This document shows positions 13,251 to 24,891 of a stretch of 64,000 nucleotides of DNA, piece after piece. The DNA is taken from assembly GCA_024679065.1 (NCBI GenBank), contig JAGIQG010000009.1, positions 53,816,001 to 53,880,000 of the forward strand. Reading direction: 5' to 3'. Within the stretch, counting starts at the first letter, position 1. Each line of letters begins with the position of its first letter. Under the pieces are notes generated by a model. It was not told where the DNA came from. It was given only the letters and a program-made list of their open reading frames with translations, and did not search any database. The position numbers were made by a program, and so were the translations under genes. Source of the DNA: Sphyrna mokarran (lineage: Eukaryota).

Positions 13251-13359
13251 GGTTTTCTTAGTTTATAGATAAATTTCATCCCAGTTTTCTCTCACAGTTC
13301 AAGAACGGATGGAAGGAAAGTCAGCCAGTGTTTCTATTGCTACGTTTCAGCCTTAGTCA

Positions 13360-13765
13360 GTGACACCATTATTAGCCCTGATTGAGATGGTCATGGGTTT
13401 AAAGCTCACTTCAAATCCAAAATGTATAATGCAGCATTACAATCTGTTGCAGTACGGAAGGAGTGCTGCACAGTCAGAGCTGTTGTCTTTTGGATAAGAC
13501 ATCAGTATTTTGCATTGTTTACCCTCTCAGGTGCATGTAAAAGATTCCATGGTAATATTCAGAGAAGAGTAAGGGGCTTCTTCTGGCCATATTTATCATC
13601 CAATCATCATTAAAATCAGGTATCTACTTTATTTGGTGGGACCTTGCAGTGCACAAATTAGCCACTAATTTTCCCCAAATTACAACCACTTCCAAGTTAT
13701 TTCAGTAGCTGTAAGCCACTTTCGGGATGCCCTAATGTCATTATACTTTAAAAATACAGGCTTTT
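13360..13765 (+). mobile_element. Deu-domain SINE (SacSINE1/AmnSINE1-like)
   Basis: GGAGTGCTGCACAGTCAGAG ... CCCTCTCAGGTGCATGTAAAAGATTCCATGG matches the Deu core as I recall it. Confidence 0.7.
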
Positions 13766-13918
13766 CCTGATTGGTATTCCAGTAGTCACTGCTGAGTGTG
13801 CATTAGTAGTAAAATTTGATGGGATAAAGTTTAGAGCCAGCTGCAAGGACCCTGCAGTGAGTAAGCTGTTAGTATTCTGTTGAGTACTAGCTAGGATTTA
13901 GCTAGTGGACAAAATTAT

Positions 13919-14156
13919 TGTTGTAGTATGCCTTTAAGGGATAGCAGCATACCATCACTTTAAGGAAAGTGTGCCACGTGATCCAGTTGCTGTCTCACTT
14001 CAGCCTGGAGCAGAGTACTCACACACAGGCACTGTTGTCCTTAAGCTCTCCATCTATATATATATGCTTACATGTGGTTGCTCTTAATAAATTAACCCAA
14101 TGTGTTTATATAATCATTTATGAGTGATTGATCTTCATATCATTGTAACCACCACA
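13919..14156 (+). mobile_element. Possible short solo LTR
   Basis: TG...CA termini (TGTTGT...ACCACA) and an internal AATAAA. The TSD is not clean. Confidence 0.35.
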
Positions 14157-14619
14157 ATAAGCAGTGTTTGCTATTGCTCATACAATTGTGCCATTGCACT
14201 TTCTTTGAAAGTGTTCTGATAATGAGGACCCCACTTTAAAATGTATCTGTTATCTGATCCCCTGATCTCCATCAAAAATATGTTCCAGTGCTTAAGAGCC
14301 GAATACTCTTAATTCTGCCAAGAGAATCCATTTGCTAAATAAGGTAAGAAATGGACAAAAACCACAAAATCAACTGATATACTCATCCACAAGTGTCATT
14401 ACCACAAGCCTTAATGTCAAGCCTGATTAGTGTGTCGGAAATATAGCCTAAGAATTAAAGGGTCTTAGTAAAAGATAAATACTGATGGATGATCTATTCC
14501 ATCTTTTGACTCATTCCTGTGTAGACTAAAAGGAAAATGTTAGATTCTAAATACTTGACTCAGACCTGTGCACCATGGAAAAGTCTAATTTGCTTTCATT
14601 GTCTGACTGAAGAAGAAAG

Positions 14620-14990
14620 GTAGACTTACATTTGTACATCATCTTTGGCAACCTCAGTATGTGCCAATATGGACTGCAACTGATTAGGTACTTTTAACTA
14701 TTGTAATGTAGGAAATAGGATAGTAAAGAAATACACAGCAAACTCCAAAAGCAGCAATTACCTCAATGATCTTGTCATCAATTTCAGTTGGTTGAGGGGA
14801 TAAATATTGGCCAGGGTAGCTTCCCTGTTCTTATTTAAATAGTGCCATGGCATCATATGCATCCACCTAAAATGGACCGGGCTTCAGTTTAATCTGAAAG
14901 AAGGCACCTCCAGCAATGCAGGGCTCTCTCAGCACAACATTGAAGTGTTGGCCTGGGTTACATACTCAGTGTCTGAAGCTTCAGTTGCAA
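14620..14990 (-). mobile_element. Deu-domain SINE
   Basis: Reverse complement of the Deu core (GGTTGAGGGATAAATATTGGCCAGG ... AATAGTGCCATGG). Confidence 0.7.
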
Positions 14991-15544
14991 TCTCTGTGAG
15001 GATTTTTGAAAATAAATTTGAACTTCTGGTTGATAGCTCAAAAGATGGCAAGATTAAGTCTTAAATATTAAGACTTTAACTGTAACAAATAGATGGAAAA
15101 CACTATTGACTAAACACTATTTTCATAGGCAACTTGTATTGTAGAGAACAGAACTTTCCATTTTAATTTGAACACAATCAAAAAGTGTTCTTTAAAGGGA
15201 TATTTTAAACCATTCATCATGCAGTTATTTGATTTTTCCATATCCAGTCCAAAGTGATTTTTAGTTTAGTTTACTTCTGTTCCTTTTCCCAGCCTGCTAA
15301 TTTAATTTTTAAACACAGAACTGTCTCCAAAGGTAAGGATTTTTCCTGGAAATTCTCTCTCTAATTCAAGTTAGGTGAAGCATCCAATCTTATTTCAAAT
15401 CTGCATGACTTTTATTTTTTCAAATGAAGCATGAGATTATATCCATATTCCTAAGGTGAACGTAGCAACTTTTGGCCCCTACCTCTCCTTCTCTCTTGAA
15501 TGTTGGCAGATTGCCCATATCTAACAGTTTTGACGACAGCTTAT

Positions 15545-15830
15545 CATAAAAACTTTACAGTGCAGAAGGAGGCTATTCAGCTCATCGAGTCTGCACCTAA
15601 AATAATCCCACCTAGGCCCTATCACCATAACTCATCACATTTACCCCACTAAACCCTCTAATCTATGCATTCTGGGACACTAAGGGGTAATTTAGCGTGG
15701 CCAATGCACCTAACCCATGCATCCTTGGACTATGGGAGGAAACCAGATCACTTAGAGAAAATGCATATAGACACAGGGAGAATGTGCAACCTCCACACAG
15801 ACAGTGATCCAACTGGAAATTGAACCCGGA
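15545..15830 (-). mobile_element. HE1-type V-SINE
   Basis: V-domain and a CR1-like tail. Confidence 0.8.
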
Positions 15831-15835
15831 TAAAC

Positions 15836-16725
15836 TTTTAAACTCCATCCCTAGAGCAATGAAGGACAAAATTTCATTTGCTTTCTTAACTACCTGCTGC
15901 CACTGTGAACAATCATTTTTTGTGATTCTTGCACAAGGACACCCAGGTCCTTCTGCGCAGCAGCATGCTGCAATTTTTTACCACTTAAGTAATAGTCCAT
16001 TTTGCTGTTATTCCTACCAAAATGGATGACCTGGTTAGCCTTGTGCATGAATTGAAAAATGTTGGTGTGTAGGGGCAGCAGCCAACTAAGAAGACAAATG
16101 GAATTTTGTCCTTCATTGCTCAAGGGATGGAGTTTAAAAATAGGGAGGTTATGTTGCAGCTGTATAAGGTGCTAGTGAGGCCACACCTGAAGTATTGTGT
16201 ACAGTTTTGGTCTCCTTACTTGAGAAAGGATATACTGGCACTAGAGGAGATGTAGAGGAGGTTCATTAGTTAATTCTTGAATTAAGGGGGTTGGTTTATG
16301 AGGAGAGATTGAATAGACTGTGATTATACTCATTGAAATTTAGAAGTATGAGAGGGATCTTGTAAAAACATACAAAATTATGAAGGGAATAGATAAGATA
16401 GAAGCAGGGAAATTGTTTCCACTGGCAGATGAAACCAGAACTAGAGGGCATAGCCTCAAAATAAAAGGAAGCAGATTTAGGACTGAATTAAGGGGAAACT
16501 TCTTCACCCAAAGGGTTGTGGATCTGTGAAATTCCCTGTCCAGTGAAGCAGTTGAGGCTTCCTTGTTGAATGGTTTTAAAGCAAGGATAGATTTTTGAAT
16601 AGTGAAGGAAGTTATGTTGAGTGGAGCTAAGTCCACGAAAAGGTCAGCCATAATCTTATTGAATGGCAGAGTAGGCTCAAGGGGCCAAATGGCCTACTCC
16701 TGATTCAAGTGCTTATGTTCTTAGA
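15836..16725 (+). mobile_element. CR1 3' end with an inverted 5' segment (15836-16030 on -, ~16075-16725 on +)
   Basis: LYKVLVRPHLKYCVQFWSP on +. QVIHFGRNN...KDLGVLV on -. Confidence 0.8.
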
Positions 16726-18380
16726 ACTGCTGATTAGCTATTCGTTAAACCTCAATTCTACTTTAATTTAGTTATAAATGAGCAGTTTAAACCATAATTC
16801 TTAACACCATTCATTTGTGACATCTTCCAGGAGTGTTGAAGAGTAGGCTAACTACTGTAAATGCAGATGTTGCTGCTTTTGTTGCAGAGCATGACCACTT
16901 TACACCTTTTCAGCGAAAAAACCTGGGGATCTTTTTAACCTTTAAGATCCATGTCACCTGGACCTGTTGTCAGGCAAACCTCAGAATAGATCACATGATC
17001 CCCTTCATTTTACTATACATTGAGGAGACAGTTCCAAAACATAATAATCTCATAAACTTCAGATTTGTAACACTTTACTTCTAACACCCAGGAGTGCTGC
17101 TACTGAGTCGTGATGCCAAATAGGAGGTAATAGTCATTATTAAGAAGGATTGCAACAAATTACAAGAGGACATGGGTGAGGGAAGGATGCCTCTTTTGCT
17201 GAGGTTTGATGGTGCTCCCCTGATCTCTTGGGCCTTCTTTATATTGTAATTTGATTTTTCCAGACTCAGTCCAAAGTGATTTTTAGTTCAGTTTATTTCT
17301 GTTCTTTTCCTTTCTCAGCCTGCTAACTTAACTTTTAACCACAAAACTGTCTCCTAAGGTAAGAGTTTTTTTTGCAAATCCTCTCTCTAGGTGAATCATC
17401 ACACCAGGTTCACGCTGGCCATTACCAGCCTGGTACATTTCCAGCTGGAGCGGTGGGTGAATTGTATCACCAATAGCATGTTTATGTATTAATTGGGTTG
17501 CCACCTGCTCCAGGCAGTAAGTCAAACATCAGTTGGCGGGACAAGTCGAGTGAATCCCAATCATCTTGATGCCTGCTGGGAAGTCCAATTTTTGGCCAAT
17601 GCCCCATTTAGCAGGGCATTGGGATTCCACAGGTGACTGGTGAGGCTGGAGAATTCCACCCACAGTAGCTAATGTATAGGACAACATCTGTTAGCATGCC
17701 TTGGTTTATCTCCATTTACAAAGCAATGGAACATATTTTTTTGTCAAATAAAAAAACTGTAAGATATATTATAACGGATTTATGTGTCAGAGAAGAAAAG
17801 ACATTTTAATTATTTAGTTACATTCATGTTCTGAGATTGTCCCTTCTTAGCCAATTAATTGCTTTTGAACAGTCTCTTTTGCTGGCATTCAAAAGGAAAA
17901 CCAAGAGTGGCTGATTTTATTAACCATCTGCATTGTTTTCCAAAGAAAGGCTAGTTGTGTTGATAGGTATATTACTGTCAAGATTTGTTTTCTTTTCCTG
18001 GAAAAAGCTACTTTGTTCTAAGGAAACATGGAAAAGATTGCACAAGATGAATCTTTATTAGGCACCAGCCAGCCAGTTCCAGCAACTAACCCTTCTGAGT
18101 GAAGCAATGGCAATTAATTTTGTTTGGCTATGTTCGTGGTAAATGTCCCATACATCATGGGCTGCACTCTCACGCCTTCCTATCTGCTGGGATAGGATTC
18201 ATTGATAGGCCACTAAATGCCACCTACCTCCATTCTGCTCATCCAATGTTGCATATATACTTTTCATATACACTTTCTAGTGGTAAGCCTCATAATGAAA
18301 ATTGATTTGGCAATTTAAGCTTGCTGCAATAAGTCACAACTACTTTTGAAAGAATGACAGATACGCAAAACCAAATAAAA

Positions 18381-19090
18381 AATAAAGTTTATTTATTAGT
18401 CACAAGTAGGCTGTGGTGCTTCGGTCCGCCTTGTTGTCCAACAAGAGGCATGTACGCGATAGGTCGTGCAAGGGCTGCTCTTGGATGTTTTGAGAGTAGC
18501 CTAGTGCTTCGTGTTGTTAGTATATGCTTAAACTGGACCAGCTGATGGGCAACATGACAGCTCAGTGACTATCACTGTTTGCTGTGCAGATATATGGATT
18601 TGGGCCAGTATCTGTAGAGTTTGCGCATTCTCCCTGTGACTGTGTGGGTTTTCTCCAGCTGCTCCAGTTTCCTCCCACACCCCAAAGATGTGCTCTTAGG
18701 ATGATTGGTGTAACAAATTGTCCCTAAATTGTCTCCCTTCAATCTGGTTTCTAATGCAGATTTCCATAAGCATAGACAAGGATCATGGCTGGAAGAGGGA
18801 ACTCACACTGTTAAAATTGTGGCGTGGGTTGTTGGGCCAAAGGGCCTTTTTCCTGTGCTGTGTTGTTCTTTGTTCTTTGTTCAATGAAGTTACTGTGAAA
18901 ATTCTCTAGTCGGCACACTCCAGCACCTGTTCAAGTTACAAGGAGGGAGAATTTAGCTTGGCCAATTCACCTAACCTGCACATCTTTGGACTGTGGGATG
19001 AAACCAGAAAACCCGAAGGAAACCCATGCAGACACAGGGAAACTCCACACAAACAGTGACCTGAGCCTGGAATCAGACCCGGGCCCTGAT
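18381..19090 (-). mobile_element. HE1 SINE (-) split by an insertion (18413-~18880) that ends in a plus-strand SINE
   Basis: The host tail AAAGTTTATTTATTAGTCACAAGTAGGCT stops at 18412 and resumes at CAATGAAGTTACTGTG near 18882. Confidence 0.75.
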
Positions 19091-19094
19091 TTGC

Positions 19095-20640
19095 AACCAA
19101 AGGTTTTAAAGGAAGGAAATGGCAAAGTATAATTCCCCAAATTTCTCTTGATTTGGGAACCTTTCCTTTAGATTGGAAAATTGTGCCTGACACTCTGCTT
19201 TTTAAGAATGAAAAGGAAGAAAACCGGGGAATTATCAATGTATTAACTTAGCATCTGTTTTCAGAAAGTTACTAGAGTTTATAATTAAGGATAGGATAAT
19301 CTCAGAATGAGTCAGCATGGATTTATGAAGGGTCAACAGATCTCATAAATCTGATTGAAATTTTTTAGAGAAGTGAGCAATGGACAGAGCAATATATATG
19401 GATGCTATTTATATGCATTTCCAAAAGATATTTGATAAGTTCTTCGTTAAGAGACTGTTGGCTAAAACTGAAAGCAAATTATTGACATAGTTAGGAAGAC
19501 TGCTGAATTCTAGTCGATAGAATTGGGATAATGGATAGGTAATTGGCAAATTGGTGATATCTCACAATGATCCCAATTGTGTCTTCAGCTAATCACTGTA
19601 CTTACCAATGATTTAGATAATGGGATTGCTAGTGACAGAAAAATAGGCAGCATTGTCAGCACTGTAGATAGAAGCATAAAATTATAGGGAGATTCGTAGT
19701 TTAAGTAAGCTGTGGCAAATTCATTTGAATGCCAGCAAGTATTAGGGCATCTACTTTGAACGTAAAGCAATAGAGCAGAGTAGTTTCTAACTGGTGTAAT
19801 GTGAAAAATAACAGAGACCCAAAGAAACTTGTGATTCAAGTATATGGATAATTAAAATGTCATGAACAGTGTGAGAAAATAATCAAAAACATCTCATGGA
19901 ATGCTTGTCATTATATCTAAAGAAATTGAATACAAGGTGTGTAGAAAGTGATATTGTAGCTATGCAAAGCCCTGGTTATATCACCCCTTGAGTACTGCAA
20001 GCTTTTGAGCACCTCGCTTTAAGAAGCACTTATTAGCCTGAGAGGGAGTCCAGTGTTAATATACCAGATCAATACCAGGTTTTCAAAGGACAAATGATGG
20101 AATGAGATTACAGAAACTCATGGTTTATTTTCTGCAAATTAGAAGCTTTGGATGTGATAGAGTGAAATTAATTCCAGTGCTTGAGTAATCTAGAACTAAA
20201 CATTTAAAGCTAGATCTTTCAGGAGTGAAACACTTTTGTGGTGGAGGTAGGTTGGATTGAGACATTCAAGAGGGATTAGATGGTTATTTGAATAGGAACA
20301 ATGTGCAGGGTATGGGGAAAAGGCAGGAGAATGGCACTAAATCATAATGCTCATTAGGAGAGCCAATGCAGACATAATGGACCAAATGGCCTCTTTCTCA
20401 CTATAAAAACTCTGTGAAATTAGTGAGCACTTCTACATACAGAAAAAGGTAAAAGTATGAAAATCTGTCATTAATGGCAATTGATACCATTTCATTTGTT
20501 AATTTTAAAGCTGAGATTGAGGAATTTTTATTAATGAAAGCCATTATAGGACATGGGGAAAAGATCAGTATATGGTAGGGTTAGTACCAAATCCATCATG
20601 ATCTTACTGAATGATGGAACAAGCTCATGAGGCTAAATGA
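19095..20640 (+). mobile_element. Old degenerate CR1 RT and 3' end
   Basis: AGTCAGCATGGATTTATGAAGGG (QHGF) and TTCCAAAAGATATTTGATAAG (FQKxFDK) remnants. Confidence 0.7.
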
Positions 20641-21867
20641 TCTATTCAAGTCCTATGAGCCTTGGTTTACAAAGCTTCTGGATTAGCATTAAAGAAATGC
20701 TTTAAAGTGAGTGCTCTGTTATCCTGCCTCACAGCATGTCCGATTCATTGGCCCACCATTATTGGCACATCTCAATTTTGAAATCCTTCATTGCTTCAAC
20801 CCTCACTACCTCTTCTAACTCCACAGCCCTCCAAGATCACTGAGCTCATCCAATACTGACTTATTAAGCAACATTAATTTTAATCATACCACTACTACTG
20901 GCCATACTTTCAGCTATCCACATCCGAAGCTCTGGAATTCTTTTCTTAAACTGCTCTTTACCTTTCCTTTCTCCACAGGTACGCCTTAAAACCTACTGCT
21001 TTGGTAAGTTTTTAGTCAGTAGACCTAAATCACCTTACATAGTTTGGCGTTAAAGTTCTTCCGCATAAAGTGCCTTGAAGTGTTTGATTACATTGATTAT
21101 GATGCTTCATAAATGCTAATTATTGTTCTAAATTAAAATTAAAATGTAACTGGCTCTCTCTCTAACGCATTGTTCCCTCCCTTTCAAAACTACCTTCATC
21201 ACACTCTGCCACTTCATAAGGCTCGATCCCTCTGTCTCGGTAAATTGTCACCCACTTCCAACCTCCTTTTCTTTGAATTTATGATCACCTTTTCAAAACT
21301 GCCCATCTTCTTGTAACTGCAGTTTGACACTGACACATCCTACGACACTGAAAACATAGAGAAAAAAAGAGGCCATTTAGCCCATTCAGCCAATTCTAAC
21401 ATTCAAAAGATCATGGCAGCACTCCATTTTCCTTCATCCCCATAGCACTTTGTGTCCAAAATGTAGCAATCCCAGTCCTGAACATCATCAGTAGCTGAGT
21501 ATCTACTTGGGTAGAAATGCCAGAGTTAGGATCCTCTGAGGGCAAAAATCTCTTTATCTCAGATCTAAACAGCCAACCCCTGATCCTGAGACTCTGAAAC
21601 TTAGTTTGAGTTAGATGAGAAAAACAGCCTTCTAGCATCTATCCTGTAAAGCTCAATAAACGTTTTACATCTCCATGAGACCACCTCTCACTTTCCTAAA
21701 TTCTAAAGAAGATAGTTCCAATCTAATGAAGCCTACTCAATGGTACTTTATCAGTCCTTTTGAAAATCTGTGTGATATGTATTGAACTACCAGTGTCAAC
21801 ATTGTCTATTAGCTCTTCAAAAATTTCCACCAAGCTGGCTGAGCAAGAGCTTGCAATTCAAGTACAT

Positions 21868-22596
21868 ACATAGAACAATACAGCACAGAACAGGCCCTTC
21901 GGCCTTCGATGTTGTGCCGACCAAAATAAAAAGCAATGCCCCTCCAAACTAAACCATTCCCTTCTCTTCCATATACTTATCAACTAAACTCTTAAACGCC
22001 ACCAAACTTGGCGCATCTACAACAGCTGCAGGCAGGGCATTCCACTCCCTAATCACTCTTTGAGTAAAGAACCTACCTCTGATATCCGTCATATAACTCA
22101 TACCCCTTAATTTAAAGCTGTGTCCCCTCGTGCTAGCTTTCTCCATCCAGGAAAAAGGCTATCACTGTCCACCCTATCCAAACCTCTAATCATCTTATAT
22201 GCTTCAATAAGATCCCCTCTTAGCCGCCTCCTTTCTAACGAAAACAACCTCAAATCCTTCAACCTCTCTTCATAGGACCTGCCCTCCATACAAGGCAACA
22301 TCCTGGTAAACCTCCTCTGTACCCTCTCCAATGCCTCCACATCTTTCTTATAATGTGGGGACCAGAACTGCACACAATACTCCAAGTGCGGCCGCACGAG
22401 AGTTTTGTACAGTTGCAACATGATGCTGCGGCTCCTAAATTCAATCCCCCTACCAATAAAAGCTAAGACTCCATATGCCTTCTTAACAACTTTATCCACT
22501 TGACTGCCTACTTTCAGTGATCTATCGACACATACACCAAGATCCTTCTGTTCCTCAACACTATTAAGAGCCCTACCATTAGCCCTATACTCTACA
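21868..22596 (-). mobile_element. Young 5'-truncated CR1/HER1 LINE 3' end, same subfamily as 1417-2256
   Basis: ORF 22107-22634 encodes LYKTLVRPHLEYCVQFWSPHYKKDVEALERVQRRFTRM. Its 3'UTR is near-identical to that of the 1.4-2.2 kb copy. Confidence 0.92.
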
Positions 22597-22970
22597 AATG
22601 TGATTATAATTTGTTTGTAGTTGTTTTCCACCACTTAGCATTGATTCTAATATCTTTACCACTGCTGGTGTTAAGCTGACTGATCTACAGTTTCCAGGTT
22701 TCGTTCTTCCCTACTCGGAACAACATTCACTATCCTTCAGTCCTCTGGCACTATGTCCTCTTTTGTGGACATGTAAAACTAGGAAAGTAGGCTTGCCAGA
22801 GCATTCTGTTTCAACTTGACAATTAATATGTCAACTGGTCCTCCTCATCTCTGGCAGTAAACGCCAGCCTGTTCCTGACCAAAGTCAAGCAAGCTCTAGA
22901 ACACTGAAGCTGCCTCAAAATTGAATTACTTATAAACCACACTGGAACCAAGTTGTTATTTGAATTTAAT

Positions 22971-22976
22971 TTTATT
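22971..22976 (-). terminator. Probable distal PTGS2 polyadenylation signal AATAAA
   Basis: TTTATT on +. On the mRNA strand it is preceded by a U-rich tract and UGUA (around 23004-23007), and repeat-derived sequence resumes shortly beyond it. Confidence 0.55.
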
Positions 22977-23525
22977 AGTTTGACATTCACCAAGTTTCTC
23001 TTTTACAAAAAGTACGAAACAATTTTTTTATATAAAGTGCAGCCTGTCAACAGGACTTTTTTTTAACAAGAAGAACACTTTGTAATGGCTGTGAGTGTTC
23101 TGAAACATACAGTAATGCTTAATTGCAGTGGTTTGCAATAATCAAATGAGCTGGCAGAGGTTAACAGTGCATGATTCCCAGCATTGAGGTCTGAATAATT
23201 TTTTATCTTATTGTTAACATTAAATTTCTGGTTACTGTAACTGCTTCTGCAAATGAATCGTCATATATAAAAGACAGTTGTTGCATTGCGCTGTAATGTA
23301 TTTTCTGGTCACAGGTTTGCTGCACAGCAGCAAAACTTTTCTCTAAGAAGAGATACACAAGTCTTACAGTCTCAGCCCATTAATTTGTAGAATACATTTA
23401 AGATCAATTAAGTACAAAAATCAATTTATGAATCGCCTCAAATTAAAACTCCACCAGAGCACAACTGGGGAATGCAATGATTTTACCTTTCCTTGGCATT
23501 TTAGGAAAACACCCAATTTGGAATT

Positions 23526-23531
23526 TTTATT
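23526..23531 (-). terminator. Possible proximal PTGS2 polyadenylation signal AATAAA
   Basis: Canonical hexamer about 110 nt downstream of the ARE cluster. Its use cannot be shown from sequence alone. Confidence 0.35.
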
Positions 23532-23638
23532 GTGCAATTTCTATCTATTTTAATAATTAAAATATAAACTTCAGAAGGCAAGAGCAATAATTCCTGAGCC
23601 TTTTGTCCTTTGCATCAAAAATATTTATATAAACTTCA

Positions 23639-23715
23639 TAAATAAATAAAAACAGTTCTGATAATAATTGCAAATGTCAAGACAATAAATTAATTTGTAA
23701 TAAATAATAATAAAT
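23639..23715 (-). promoter_or_regulatory. AU-rich element cluster in the PTGS2 3'UTR
   Basis: Five AUUUA pentamers on the mRNA strand, including two perfect UUAUUUAUU nonamers (23641-23649 and 23699-23707). Confidence 0.75.
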
Positions 23716-24346
23716 ACAGCAAGTTATTTAAGAACCGTTTAGAGATATCAAAGAGTTTTCCATTCTGTGTTGATGCTGGTGATTCATTCTGAGGCACAGT
23801 TCAAGGGGTCTCAGTGCCCTATGTGTAAGTTAAGACAGTGAATGATTATGAAAAATGTGGCTATGAAAAGATAGTTGTGGCCAAAACTGATGTCATTCTC
23901 ACCAGCTTTCTACATCTGTGCACTGTCAGATACACTGACCAGTTATCAAGCACAAGAGCTACAGTTAATATCCCCTTACCTTAAGATATTAGGGCCAACT
24001 GCAGTGCTATTCTATCTAAATTGGTGGATGAATCTTTAAAATGAATAAATCTCACACACAACTAGAGCTTGACAGGAAAGGGAGCTGAAGATTACATGAA
24101 GAACTATAGGCTAAGATGATCAAATTGTTCATGCTCCAGATGGCTGCATTGCTAAACAGCATTCAGTCAGTGCTTCAGTAGTGGAGATAAGGGGAATGAA
24201 ATATTCTACCATTGTGACATTTGGAATCAGGGATATTTACATAAAAAAAACTTCAGCATATATTAAATAAAATCCCTTTTGAAGTGATCCAAATTGCTTC
24301 TCAGGGTTGCTAAAGTGAGGAATCATTACCATCTTATTTACCATGG

Positions 24347-24392
24347 GACATTTCGAATCCAGATGACCCTTTGTCAAAGCTAAAAGGCATAG
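24347..24392 (-). ncRNA. Truncated hammerhead-ribozyme-like motif (family B) in the PTGS2 3'UTR, sense strand
   Basis: The mRNA strand reads AGCU-UUGACAA-A-GGGUC-aucug-GAUUC-GAAA-UGUC and is then unrelated. 46/46 identical to 25796-25841. Confidence 0.55.
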
Positions 24393-24472
24393 GGTAAATA
24401 AGCCAGGTGTAATGTCTCCACCATTATTCTAGAGTCGTTTATAATTCATTCATCCAATTAAAAATAAGCTTT

Positions 24473-24891
24473 TTAAAGTTCTGTTGATTGCTCTTTCAAT
24501 AGTGCATGCCCCTGTGGATTAACATTGTTCAGACCTGAATTGGAAGATTTGGGACTGATAGAGCCTTGTTTGTTGGGTATAGATTCAGGAACACTGAATG
24601 AAACCATCGGGCAAGACCCCTTTATATTGTTGCAGACCAATTTGCTCAGTGATGCAGTATTCACAATGTCAAAACCAACTTTCCCACCAAAAGTACTAGG
24701 TTTCCAATATTCTGGGGAGCAAATGACGTTCCCCATTAAACCCTTCAAAGAGAAAGGGGCCCCCATCTCAACCATTGTTTCTCCAAATATGGATCCAGGT
24801 CTTGGTTTTTCTATCATCAAAGCAGGATACATTTCTATTGCATCAATATCCCCATAAAGTTCTCTCAGCTCAGCTGCCATCTCTTTTTCCC
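24473..24891 (-). CDS. PTGS2: PTGS2 exon 10 coding part
   Basis: ttacag|GGGAAAAAGAG; [18 protein letters not shown] ... KEQSTEL then TAA. Confidence 0.97.

Noticed and set aside
1-22900. Phosducin (PDC), the usual downstream neighbour of PTGS2
   Set aside because: No phosducin-like exon was recognised on either strand. It probably lies outside the window.
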